This document shows positions 37,113-49,806 of a DNA stretch of 64,000 nucleotides, piece after piece. The DNA comes from Malacoraja senta (taxonomy: Eukaryota): contig CM075982.1 in assembly GCA_038087875.1 (NCBI GenBank), positions 62,868,001 to 62,932,000 of the forward strand, in the 5' to 3' direction. The notes beneath the pieces are model-generated. The model had not been told where the DNA came from and did not search any database. It was given only the letters and a program-made list of their open reading frames with translations. Each line of letters opens with the position of its first letter. Position 1 is the stretch's first letter. Position numbers and translations under genes: made by a program.

Positions 37113-39005
37113 TAGAAACATAGAAAAATAGGTGCAGGATTAGGCCATTCGGCCCTTTGAGCCGAATGGCCTAATCCGCCATTCAATATGATCATGGCTG
37201 ATCATCTAAAATCAGTACCCCGTTTCTGCTTTTCTCCCCATATCTCTTGATTCCTTTAGCCCTAAGAGCTAACTCTCTTGAAAACATCCAGTGAATTGGC
37301 CTGCACTGCCTTCTGTGGCAGAGAATTCCACAGATTCACAGCTTTCTGGGAGAAGAAGTTTTTCCTCATCTCAGTCCAAAATGGCCTACCCCTTATTCTT
37401 AAACTGTGACCCCTGGTTCTGGACTCCCCCAACATCGGGAACATTTTTCCTGCATCTAGCCTTCCAATCCTTTAAGAATTTTATATGTTTCTATAAGAGT
37501 CCCTCTCATCCTTCTAAATTACAAACCCAGTCGACCCATTATTTTATCATATGTCAGTCCTGCCATCCTGGGAATTAACCTGGTGAACCTACGCTGCACT
37601 CCCTCAATAGCAATAATGTCCTTCCTCAAATTAGGAGACCAAAATTGCACACAATACCCCAGTTGGGGTCTCACCAGGGTCCTGTACAACTGCAGAAAGA
37701 CCTCCTTGCTCCTAAACTCAAATCCTCTCGCAATGAAGGCCAACATGCCATTAGCTTTCTTCACTGCCTGCTGCACCTGCATGCTTACTTTCAATGACTG
37801 ATGTACAGGCATATCCAGGTCTTGTTGCATCTCCCGTTTTCCTAATCTGACACCATTCAGATAATCTGTCTTCCTGTTCTTGCCACCAAAGTGGATAACC
37901 TCACATTTATCCACATGATATGGCATCTGTTCATTCACCCAACCTATCCAAGTCACCCTGTAGCCTCATAGCATCCTCATCGCAGCTCACACTTGCCACC
38001 AAGCTTTGTGTCATCCGCAAACGTGGAGATGTCACATTTAATTCCCTCGTCTAAATCGTTAATATATATATTGTAAATAACTGGGGTACCAGCACCGAGC
38101 CTTGTGGCACCCTACTAGTCATTGCCTGCCATTCTGAAAACGACCCGTTAATTCCTACTCTTTGCTTCCTGTTTGCCAACCAGTTTTCTATCCATGTCAA
38201 TACTGTACTCTGAATACCATGTGTTCTAATTTTGCACACTAATCGCTTGTGTGGGACCTTGTTAAAGGCTTTCTGAAAGTCCAGGTACATGACATCCACT
38301 GGCTCTCCCTTATCCATACTACTTGTTACATCCTCAAAAAATTCAAGTAGATTAGTCGAGCATGATTTCCCCTTCATAAATCCATGCTGATTTTGACTGA
38401 TCCTGTGGTAGACAAACATGCTGGAGAAACTCAGCGGGTGAGGCAGCATCTATGGAGCGAAGGAATAGGTGACATTTCGGACGTAGACCCTTCTGATCCT
38501 GTCACTGCTTTCCAAATGCGCTGCTATAACATCTTTAATAATCGATTCAAGCATCTTCCCCACTACCGATTTAAGGCTGACTGGTCTATAATTCCCTGTT
38601 TTCTCTCTCTCTCCTTTCTTAATAAATTGGCTACCTTCCAGTCCACAGGAACTGATCCATAGTCGAGAGAACATTGGAAAATGATCACCAATGCATCCAC
38701 GATTTCTAGGGCCACCTCCTTAGGTATTCTGGAATGCAGACCATCAGACCCTGGGGATTTATCTGCCTTCAATCCCAACCGTTTACCCAACACCATTTCC
38801 TGATTAATGTGGATTCCCTTCAGTTCCTCCTTCCCACTAGATACCCGGTCCACTAGTATTTCTGGGAGATTATTTGTCTTCCTTAGTGAAGACAGAACCA
38901 AAGTATTTGTTTAACTGTTCTGCCATTTCCTTGTTTCCCATTATAAATTCACCTGTCTTTGACTGTAAGGGACCTACATTTGTCTTCACTAATCGTTTCC
39001 TTTTT
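37113..39005 (-). mobile_element. CR1 LINE, 3' ~1.8 kb of ORF2 with frameshifts
   Basis: Consecutive minus ORFs KSPGSDGLH, GNYRPVSL, QHGFMKGKSC..YLDFQKAF, VPQGSVL, VRPQLGYCVQFWSP, KNFFSQKAVNLWNSLP. TAGAAACATAGAAA tail at 37113. Confidence 0.92.
38407..38492 (-). mobile_element. Penelope-derived mini-element inserted in CR1; 10-bp TSD
   Basis: TSD CTGATCCTGT at 38397-38406 and 38493-38502; same arm sequence as 3950-4119. Confidence 0.75.
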
Positions 39006-40419
39006 ACATATTTCAAGAAATGTAGCAGATAGCAAATTTGTTTTAATTTGTTTGTTTGCTGGGAACAAAAGCATCAATTTTTTTACAAATGTGGGAAAAT
39101 GTTTGGGTACTTTGCAGAGACACTGCAAATGTGCTAAATCAAAGAGATGGGAGAACTGGACTAAAGGGTTTATTAAAGTTACAAGCTTTAAGAACATGGT
39201 AAAAAGATGATGTGTGGGAAAGAACTGCAGATGCTGGTTTAAATCGAAGGTAGTCGCAAAATGCTGGAGTAACTCAGCGGGTCAGGCAGCATCTCGAGCG
39301 AAGGAATGGGATTTTGGATTAAAGCTGGCTAATTAAGAAAAGGATGATGGGGTGGTGAAGAAAATGGAACAAAAATAGTTAACTTGGAAAACAATACATT
39401 TAAAGAGTTGAGGTTGGTGGTGTGCTGATATGACACACGGCTCAATGTCACATGACCTTAAATGGAATTAGGTTATAGGTAATGAACTATAAAATGCTGC
39501 AATTTACAGACTGGTGCTGATATTAACTGGTAATTTGAGGCAGAGGTGGGAGGAAAGTGTTTTTCTACCAGGATGGAGGTAAATAAAGGATAACATTTCA
39601 CAATTGTGGTTCAAGGTTAAGGAACAGTCTGGTTAATACCAAGATGGTGACTGGAAATGGGTAGAGTCGATTGGTAGAGATTTGTGAAAATAGCCAAAGC
39701 CTGTTATATAGCTGGAAAATTTAATTTTTCATCAAGGCTGGCAGTTGAAGATTTGGAAGGTCGTTTAAACATGGAAGATGTATAGCTGAAATAAAAACAG
39801 CCAATTATTTGAAGTTTTTACAGGTTAGGCAACATCTTTGAGGGGAATGGAGTTAATGTTTTCAGTCAATAATCTTTTGCAATTGCAAAACGTTACAGAG
39901 CACAGAGAACAAAATAGAAAATCCATAATAAGATAAACATTACAATGCTGGAAATATGATTTGCAAGACAAGAATTGCCGATTACCTGCGTCAGGAAGGC
40001 AGTGACACATCTAATCAAAAGAAGGGTAACTGTTCTCTGAGCTCATGTAGAGCTTCATTAGAATGAGGAGTCGTAAGCAGTAGGTCTGTATGGGAGTGAG
40101 ATGAAACGTGGGGTCAACTTGCTGAATTGAAAGGAGGTCTTCTGCAAAATGGTCAGCCAGTCTGCTTTTTGGTTTCTTCATTGGAGCGGGGACTGCATGA
40201 TGGCCATTTAAAGAAACATACTAAAATAGCAGATATACAACTAAATTGATGCTTCGACAGGAGGATGGTGGGATCCCATAAACTTGAAAGCGCATCTCTA
40301 TCAGTTGTTTGGGAAGACGATACAGTTGTGTGGCAAATAATGTTGCAAAGGAAAATAATTGAAGGAAATAAGTGAAGAGTATCAAAAAAGGATCGCTGAG
40401 GAAATCTGATTGAAGATAG

Positions 40420-41127
40420 AACAAAACAGCACTTTGGCCTGCAGTATATGTGCTGAGCTTGATGTCAATTTAAACTCTGCCTGTGTGTGATCCACATCCT
40501 TCCATTCTCTGGATATTAATGTGTGTATCTAAAATGCCACTGTTGTATATGCTTCCTCCACCACCTCTGGCGGTGCACTTCAGGCACCCACCACTCTGTG
40601 TAAAAAAAACTTTCCCCACACGTCTCCTTTAAACTGCAGATGCTGAAAAATTGAAGGTAGACAAAAATGCTGGAGAAACTCAGCGGGTGCGGCAGCATCT
40701 ATGGAGCGAAGGAAATAGGCAACGTTTCGGGCCGAAACCCTTCTTCAGACTCTTATCTTATCTTATCCTTTAAACTTATCTCCTCTCCCCTTAAACCTAT
40801 ATCCTCTAGTCTGTGACATTTCCACCCTGGGAAAAACATTCTGACTGTCTATCTTATCTATGTGTCTCATAATTTATATACTTACAACAAGTTGCCCATC
40901 AGTCTCTGCTCCAGAAACAAAGTCCCAAGTTTATCCAACCTCACGTTACAGCTGACACTCTAAGCAATGTAGCAACATGATAAACCCCTTCTGCACCCTC
41001 TCCATATCCGTCTATAATGGGGCGACTTGAGTTGCACACAATACTTCAAATGTGGCAGTACCAGTTTTGTAAAGCTGCAACGTGACTTCCTGACTCTTGC
41101 ACTCAATGCCCTGGCCAATGAAAGCAA
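40420..41127 (-). mobile_element. Older CR1 fragment, interrupted by a hammerhead-core mini-element (40636-40765, TSD TCCTTTAAACT)
   Basis: Minus frame LVLPHLKYCVQLKSPHY. Insert contains AACGTTTCGGGCCGAAACCCTTCTTCAG (reverse hammerhead core) plus (TCTTA)3; TSD at 40625-40635 and 40766-40776. Confidence 0.7.
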
Positions 41128-43834
41128 GCATATCAAGCTGTGATCCAATTACACAGTGATATTTTGAAATGGTAATGATATTGTAGGATTAAATACACAC
41201 AAATTGGGAATCTTTAGATCTTTGCTTTAGTGCAGTCTGATGCATTGCCTTTATTTAAGAAAATAGTGTGTGGTTTATGGTTTTGATGACACATTCAACT
41301 TACCGAACCTATGCAAGCTGTAAGATCATTTTCATCAGTATCAGTTTGTAGCCTATTCTCCCTTGCGTACTCATGCACCAGGGAGGAGGGGGCAATTCGC
41401 AATAGATGGTGTACCATCACATCTTTGCGATATGAGATAATATAACAGATATCAGTACATTCAGTGGAAGCTCACAGAGCAATGGGAAAGTATGCAGGCA
41501 TCATTCAAAGTCAGGGTTGAACCATTGGAGCTGTGAGGCAGCAATGGTACCTAATCTGCCATTGTATAATCCTTGCTGGTAAGCAAGTGGACTGACTGCA
41601 ATATTGTCCTTACTAAACTATAAATTGCAAGGTAAAATGCAGTTTTGCATTTTTGCAAAACGTATTTTTCTGTACAAATTTGCAATGGAGAAGGATCCAC
41701 TTCGGGGCCTTAACACATTTTAGGTGTTCTTAATCTGTGCTATTTTTTATTAGCTGTTCTATATATAAATCACTAGGAGGTTGAATTGTACTTTATTCTT
41801 CAGTTTGGTGTATCTCCAGTGTGCTGTTTCTCTAATTCTTTGTTATGCTTCCCTCGCTGCATCCATCTTACTTGTGACATCAACACTGTAATTGTGGGGG
41901 GAAATTTTCCTGCCAAACTGAAGGAATGGTATAATTCTACTTTATTGTCATTGTCATGGCTGAGCTATTATATGTTTAGCAAGCTGTAAAACAAAGTAAT
42001 TTTCTCACTAGCTAATAACATTGGTATGCTTAAACTATGCTTTCACTCCTGGTTTGATACTACTTGTAATATAATTAGTCTTGATGGTAAACCTCTGGTA
42101 TTTCACCCCGAAAAAGTGTTTGCTACCCATGAGATGTTGAGTTCTATCTAAATGGCAGTGTAAATTGAAATAAAATGCAGGAAAAGAAAGGAAATTATAT
42201 ATTTTGAGAATAGGCCTGTCTCAAACAACTTGTGGGTTGAGCTAAACTTGTGTAATATCAAAACGGCAAGTTTTTAACTCGAAAAAATGTGTTAAATATT
42301 TGTTATTTACAGTGTGCTTTACTCACAAAAATGGTTGTTCTACAACCTAGATTTTGCAGAAATAACAGCTGAGTAAAAGTGAAAATGTTATATGCCTCAG
42401 TTTGTTCATATTATTGCATCTGTATAATTGCATATTAAAAGTTTATATTTTGCTTCATAGTGAAAGTAATTGCAGATACCTATTGGACACTCGCTGACAT
42501 TCAACCATTTTTTTTTTTTTTAAACTCAGTCAACCATTTTACACCTCTTTGGTTGTAATGAGTGTATTTAATTTTCCAAACATGGCCATTTCTATCTTTT
42601 TCTGTGTGGCTATTTGGCATTGCACATCTTGTTGATATTTATGTTCAGGTGATGTATTTTAGTATGGATGGAGAAATATTTACTCTTATTTTAATATGTC
42701 GGGTCTGATTTCACAACATTTCAATTTTGTTGAGCAGCTCCACTATATCAGTTAATGGATATAACTTCCCTTATGCACAGTTTGCAAATCAAAATCTGAC
42801 TCAAGATGACCTAATATTGTAAACTGTCGTTCATATTGTTTGTGCCAGAGCAGTTGGAGCTTGTGTATGATGAAGCAACTTTGACTCTTAAGTTTTTCTT
42901 CCACAACATTTTCTTGCTTTTATCCATTTTTTTTTATAACATTGCAGTGTTTGGTTACAGTGACTTGGACGGGGTATGAGTAACTCCTTTCATACATCAC
43001 AAAAAAATTCTACCTTTTCATACATAGCAACTAAATGCAGTTTAAAAAAACAAACAAATTAAGATGTTTTAAAGTATTAATCCACTTTCAATTTGAGTCT
43101 AGGCATAATAAGGGTTTTACAATTGTGCAGGTTTTATGGACCATTGTAAAAACTTTGCAAATAAATCAACTCTGCATGGCAACTTGAACTCTGCGTGGCA
43201 AGTTGGGTTGAGAATATTTTTAAATAACAAATATTTAAAATGTATGTTTCAATCTCATTTACCTAGACTACTTGGTTGGAAAAGACTGATCAGTGGCATG
43301 ATACAATTGAGGGCGAAGGAAAAGAGAAATTGTGCACCAAATTAACATCTATTGAAGGTATACTTTCCTTTAGACATTTCCATGTTTGAAAGCTCTAATT
43401 TATTTGAGTTTATTTGATTGTTTAATTAGGTGATCTTTTTAATCTAAATTTCCAAATGTAAATGTGTAAAATCTGTAATCCATTAAACAAGTTGCAAATT
43501 CCCTGATATCTATTATATTATCTGATATATTCTGTAGAATATCTTTTCTTACCTGGAATTACTTCAAATCAAACACTCAGTCATTTTCAGATTATTTAAA
43601 ATATCAAATATGCAATCTGGAGTGCCAGGCGTGCTCAACAAAAATGTTTCTTATGAAGCATCTGTTGTAAATGCCCCACTTTGATAGTAAATAGGCTATC
43701 TCAAATTAGTTCAATGTGCCAACATTTGAACAATTTATTACATATTTCCCTTTCTGATTAACCTTTTAATTTTCATGCTGCCAATTAGTTGTTGACATTT
43801 TGTCCATTCAAAAGTTGTACTTTGTTTCCTACAG

Positions 43835-43881
43835 AGATCCCCATCATCCACAAACTGTTAAATCTGGGGACAAACGTTCAG
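43835..43881 (+). other. ADNP: Candidate 47-nt ADNP 5'UTR exon
   Basis: Strong acceptor tttgtttcctacag| and donor CAG|GTGAGA; no ATG inside. Based on splice signals only. Confidence 0.4.
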
Positions 43882-44340
43882 GTGAGATGGTTTATTCAAT
43901 GTATTGGCGTCTAAAATACAGACTTTTGCTGATTCAGGTATTTAAAGAAATATTCTCAATGTAAAACATTAACATTAACGCTCTCCGCAAATGCTGATCC
44001 ACTGGAGTATTTCCAGTATTTCATTACTTTATTTGGAGTTTTCCGCATCAGTAATATTTAATATATTGTGTGCGTGTGGCCTCCAGGGGGTGCAAACTGT
44101 TCTCTAATTCTGGTTTCTGTAACTTCCTGGAGTCTAAACTCCACTTGTTACAATTTGGAACTTAATTCACTTCTCATGAATGAGTATTCAAAAGAGATTT
44201 CAAGAAAACAATGAAGGAAGGAGCTCAAGCTTGCCCCACCATTAAATATGATCATAGCCAAGAGGTTGCCTTGTACCTCTTCTGTGTCAGTTCCCTATAA
44301 CCCTCAATTCCTCGATCTTTCCAATATTTATCCATCTCAA

Positions 44341-44805
44341 GTCACAAGGTTAATTCGCGGGATGGCGGGACTGTTATATGCTGAGAGAATGGAGCGGCTG
44401 GGCTTGTATACTCTGGAATTTAGAAGGATGAGAGGGTATCTTATTGAAACATATAAAATTATTAAAGGTTTGGGCACGCTAGAGGCAGGAAACATGTTCC
44501 CGATGTTGGGGGAGTCCAGAACCAGGGGCCACAGTTTAAGAATAAGGGGTAAGCCATTTAGAACGGAGATGAGGAAACCCTTTTTCACACAGAGTTGTGA
44601 GTCTGGAATTCTCTGCCTCAGAGTGCGGTGGAGGCCGGTTCTCTGGATACTTTCAAGTGAGAGCTAGATAGGGCTCTTAAAGATAGCGGAGTCAGGGGTT
44701 ATGGGCAGGAACTGATTGTGGATGATCAGCCATGATCATATTGAATGGACGAAAGCCTACTGGCTTGAAGGGACGAAAGCCTACTCCTGCACCTATTGTC
44801 TATTG
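44341..44805 (+). mobile_element. CR1 LINE 3' fragment
   Basis: TRLIRGMAGLLYAERMERLGLYTLEFRRMRG...RTRGHSLRIRGKPF; tail CTATTGTCTATTGT. Confidence 0.9.
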
Positions 44806-45659
44806 TCCACAATAGATATCTAATGGTCTGGCTATCCTGAACCTCTGTAACAGAGCATTCCAGAAATTCACTGCGCTTAAAATCTCCTTGCATTTTAATT
44901 TAACTTACCAGCCCTTTATTTTGTGGGGATGTCCCCATAGTTTGTGACTTCCACTTATGAAAATAATTAAATCCTCCCTGTCCAACCTCTTAGGATCTTT
45001 TTGAGGAAGGTCAACCAACATTCTTCTACACTCCAAGGAATGCAGACTCAATCGGTGCAGCTTATTGGTAACACAACTCCTTCATTTGTGCACTACAATA
45101 ATTAAATCTCTGAACTTGACTCATTTGCAGGCTCTTGCCATTTAAATAATCTGCCTTTTGATTCCTCCTACCAATATTTATGGAATATTAGATTGATATT
45201 GGGGGTTTTGTTGAGGTTTTGTTGAATTTTGGGAAATCTATCAGAGAACTGTCATGTTGAGACCTGGTGGAGATTTGATCTAAGGGGCATTGGTAAAAGT
45301 ATGGATTTAAGTTATTTCCTGGTGTGTGTTGTAATATTAGGTGCATGTGAATAATCCAGTGCTTAACCCCCATCTCTTTGGGTTTGGTTTCAAAATTACT
45401 TGTATGGCTGTGCCACATCAACAAAAGGACCATTCTTCATGCATGAATCCAGACCCTGAATTCTACCAGGTTTATTTGAGTTCACTGCACACTAGCAAAT
45501 CCTGGAACAGTTAGACACAGACACAGAATTAAATGTTTTTTAATTTCTTATAATTTAACAGTTGAGAGGTCTGAAAATAAATGAAATCTTGAACTTCGTT
45601 TTCCTTTCTTTAATTATTATTATTTTCAGTTAGACAACTTTCTTAGTCAGTTATAAGGA

Positions 45660-45817
45660 GCTTCAGATGATGGAATCTTGCATAGAACACAACGTGCTGG
45701 AGTTGCTCAATAGGTCAGGCAGCATCTCTGGAGGACATGGGTAGGCGGCATTCCAAGATGTCGCCTATCCATGTCCCCCAGACATGATGCCTGATCTGCT
45801 GGGTTATTCCAGCACTT
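45660..45817. mobile_element. Degenerate palindromic Penelope-derived element
   Basis: GTGCTGGAGTTGCTCAATAGGTCAGGCAGCATCTCTGGAGGACATGG is mirrored by CCATGTCCCCAGACATGATGCCTGATCTGCTGGGTTATTCCAGCAC. Confidence 0.55.
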
Positions 45818-46169
45818 TGAATTCTCCCCTAAAATTTTATATCAATACATACCTGTTGTGTGTGCTCCATAAATCATAAAGCCTAAGATGTTTCGTTTGA
45901 TGTGATATTTCCTTAGTTTGTGGATGTTTCACAGTCCTTCTACTACAGGTCCACCATTGATTTTCTGGTAACTGGTGGTCCGACACTTCCTTTAAACTGG
46001 AAAAAAAACACGAGAGCACACTTGTACCCCCCTTCCAGAAATCCCCACCGAAAATGCGCCCAGGCTGGGTGAGGGGACCGATCTCAACCTCATCGGCACC
46101 TATGCGGCCGATCGGTGGGTTGAAATTGCCTCCTGCGGTCGAGGCTCTGGAATCCAGCAGATCAAAGGT

Positions 46170-47345
46170 TCTTAACAGCCCTTGTAGTACCTACCCCCAA
46201 TTTCACTCTTGGCAGATCGTTTCAGGCACCCACCGCACCCTGTAAAATAAAATAAACAATGTGCCCTGCACATCTCATTTAAATTTTGCCTGTCTCACTT
46301 TAAAGTTTGACATTTCGCCAAGGGGAGAAAAGGGATAGGGTCTACCCTATCTATGCCTCTCACATTTTTTTACATACCTATGTGTCGGGTGTCCCCTGGA
46401 AAATAATGATTCTCCAGAGAAAATAATCCAAGCTTGTCCAACCTTTTCTAGCTAATACCCTCTAATCACGGCAGCAAACCAGTAAATCTGTTCTGTGTCC
46501 TCGACAAAGCCTTCATGTCCTAGTAATGGAGCAATCAGAACTGCGCACAATATTTCAAATGCGGCCTAACCAGACCCCTATCAAATTGCACATACTCATG
46601 CCCTGACTGATGAAGTTGAGCAAACCATATGCCGCCTTTATCCACGTGTTGCTACATTCGGGGAACTATGGACTTGAACCCCAAGATCCCTCTGTATAAC
46701 AATGCAGTTAAGGCTCTTGCCATTAACTATACTTTCTCCATACATTTGACCCCCCAAAATGCTACACTTTGTGCTCGGTCGGATTAAACGCCATCTGCTT
46801 TTTCTCCGTACATTACTATAGCTGATCTTATAAGGCAATGAATACTTTGGCAGCCTTCCTCACTTCACGGTTTTGGTGTCATCTGCAAACTTACTAACCA
46901 ACCCATTTACATTAATAGGTAGACAAAAGTGCTGGAGAAACTCAGCGGGTGAGGCAGCATCTATGGAGTGAAGGAAATAGGCAACGTTTCGGGCCAAAAC
47001 CCTTCTTCAGACTGGAAGAATGGTTTCGGCCCGAAACGTTGCCTATTTCCTTCGCTCCATAGATGCTGCCTCACCCGCTGAGTTTCTCCAGCACTTTTGT
47101 CTACCTTCGATTTTCCAGCATCTGCAGTTCCTTCTTAAACATTTATATTAATATCCTAGTTTGTATATTTTTCAGAAACACCATAGCCCCCAGCACATAT
47201 ACCTGCGTAATTCCGCTGGTCTCAGACTTCCAGCCAGAATAACCTTTCCACCACAACCCTCTGTCGTCTGAGTTAGTCCGTTCTGAATCCAAACGACCAA
47301 GTCACAATGGGTCTTAATCTTCTGGATCAGATCCCCTTGAGAGAC
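46170..47345 (-). mobile_element. Older CR1 fragment (interrupted at 46918-47139)
   Basis: Minus frame KCSILGG..QRDLGVQVHSS; GGTGTCATCTGCAAACTT is reverse KFADDT. Confidence 0.7.
46918..47139. mobile_element. Palindromic Penelope-derived element, two head-to-head hammerhead-type cores; 14-bp TSD
   Basis: ~85-bp near-perfect inverted arms. TSD CATTTACATTAATA (46904-46917) / CATTTATATTAATA (47140-47153). Centre AACGTTTCGGGCCAAAACCCTTCTTCAG-A-CTGGAAGAATGGTTTCGGCCCGAAACGTT. Confidence 0.8.
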
Positions 47346-47689
47346 TTCATCGGTCATTTCCATGATTTCAGAATTCATCAAGTGTTATACAAATTTATTG
47401 CTGGCCTGCTAATTTTTACCTCTTAAGCTTGATTGATCAGTTCACAAGTAAAGTGGAATCTGGTATGAAATTTGAACATAGTCGTTAATGGAATGGGATA
47501 TTAAGCATTTGAAGAAATTCATACACAACAAAGAAAATGCACATGTATATTTATTTCATTCCTACAGTGGTTTCACTTGGTTTGCTTAATGATATAAGTA
47601 GTTCTTGGTAATTTATACCACATTTAACCTTATTTTGAAAATAATTCCATCGAGGCTTACCTGTGCTCTTTTTGGTTTGAACAGAAACT

Positions 47690-47797
47690 ATGTACCAGCT
47701 TCCTGTTAACAACCTTGCAAATCTAAGAAAAGCTCGTAAAACTGTGAAAAAAATCCTTACTGATATTGGGTTAGATTATTGTAAAGACCATATCGAG
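47690..47797 (+). CDS. ADNP: Activity-dependent neuroprotector homeobox protein, first coding exon (exon starts 47685)
   Basis: acag|AAACT ATG gives [36 protein letters not shown]|gtaagt; human is [36 protein letters not shown]. Not in the ORF track. Confidence 0.96.
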
Positions 47798-49150
47798 GTA
47801 AGTAGAATGTATTTTGGGAGGGGTTGAAATTATATCACATCCTAATTGTACCAGGATTTTGTTAGCATTTCAAAATGAACATAGCAAGTTAAGGCAATTA
47901 TTACATTTATTACATGATGGTCCAGAATTTGCTGTTCTTAAGTTGTAGAAATTGCTACGGTATGGAGATGTTATTCTGATGTGATAAAAGGATGCTCTTC
48001 TGGATGACAAATTATTACAGAGCTTTACTAAATTTATTCCATAACGCCACGAGTGCTGGTTGGATCTGGATATGTAGGGTCAAATTTCAAATATTTTCTA
48101 ATAATGCAGAACTTGAAATGATGGTAAACAGTGAAGAAGAATGTAGGAGATTGCAAGAAGACAGGGTGGCACAATGTGGAATTTCGCAGGCACATGGAAG
48201 TGGCAGATGGAATTTAATACAATTACATAAAGTAATTGGCAGAAAGAATGAGACAGTGTAGATCAAATGGCAGTGTTCTTGATGTATTGTTATGCATTGA
48301 TGGAGTGGTGAGTAAAGTTTATGGCAAAGAATGTAAACGCAGGAAAACTGCATAAGATCCCCACAAGTTGTATGAGGACAGGGTATAAGTTATTTGTTTG
48401 GCCACAACAAGAGGATTGTATCCAATTCTGGCCACTACTGTTAAGAGAGGTGTAGATCCAAGACTTATATAAATTTTTAAAAAAAAGATTCCAGGCTGAT
48501 GTTAGACTTAAAGTTTGGATTACTCTTTTCAGAGCATAGGCGGTTGAGAAGAAGATTGAAGATATATAAGACCATGACTGTTTTAATATGAAAAGTAGAG
48601 TGAACTGTACTTAGAAGCAATGCTTCAAAGACAAGGTGGCACAAATTTCAAATTTGGATAGCATATATAGGGGAATAAAAGTAATCCTGCATAAAATATT
48701 GTTGGGTTGCAAAAAAAATTATTAATTTGTAGAAATGTAACCTCAGCTGAATAAGTGTATATTTATAACCTGGAACAGTGACCGTAAGAGCCCTGGAAAA
48801 GATTACACAAGGCTTTAAAAAGGGAGTTGGAATTGCACTCTAGGGACAAAAATTTGCCAGGGAATGAGTGATAATCCTGCTTTACTATAAGATGCATTGT
48901 CATTTGTCTGGCCACTCCTGCTGTGACAGCAGTTGAATGCTTTGGCATTGAATTTGCAACTATTGGACAAATTACTACTGAAGTAATACTGCATTTTGAG
49001 AACTGAAGTTTGTATCATTTTGCTGCTTACAGTTTTATAGGATTGATTTATATTGTGTGTATAGAAATTGTAAGAAAATTGTTTTGACAAAGCTTCAGAA
49101 AAGGTTTTTAAGAACTAATGAATTCAATAGTAGAATTACTCTTATTCCAG

Positions 49151-49243
49151 GATTTTAAACAGTTTGAACCAAATGATTTCTACCTAAAAAACACTACTTG
49201 GGATGATGTCTCGCTTTGGGATCCTTCTTCCACAAAGCTGCAG
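49151..49243 (+). CDS. ADNP: ADNP second coding exon (93 nt)
   Basis: ttccag|[31 protein letters not shown]|gttggt; phase 0/0. Confidence 0.96.
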
Positions 49244-49806
49244 GTTGGTTTCATTTCAGATTTTGAATATATTGACGGTTAAGTTATGGTTACAGCCATA
49301 ACTAGTTAACAGGAAGATCTTTATCTAGTTATCAGGAAGATCTTTATTACTACAGGATCCTTCATTCTTTTGGTCTGCAATTTTTTAACTAATGGTTCGA
49401 TGATTGTGTTGGTAAATCCACTGTACTGGCAGTTCAAGACATTTGATGCGTCTCTCTGTATATGTGAATTGTAGTTTAATGCAGTTTAAATATGTTGTAT
49501 ATATTTATTCAGTTGTCTCAAGCCTGACTGCTAACTGGAGTATCAGCACAACTTGTAAAGTAGTATCTACTATTCTTGTGTAGACACTAAAAATATATCA
49601 TGGCTAAATAACGGATAACCGATTTAGAGCAGTTTTTGGTAGTGAATTTTAAAATGAAACTTCTAAAATTGAAAAAATATTGTGTATCTATATTTACGCA
49701 AATTATTTACAGTATTCTAATAGTTTTGTTTAAATCATAAATGAAGTAATATTAGATTGATTTACATTGCAATATGAACTAAACATCATTTTTTGTTTTT
49801 TTTCAG

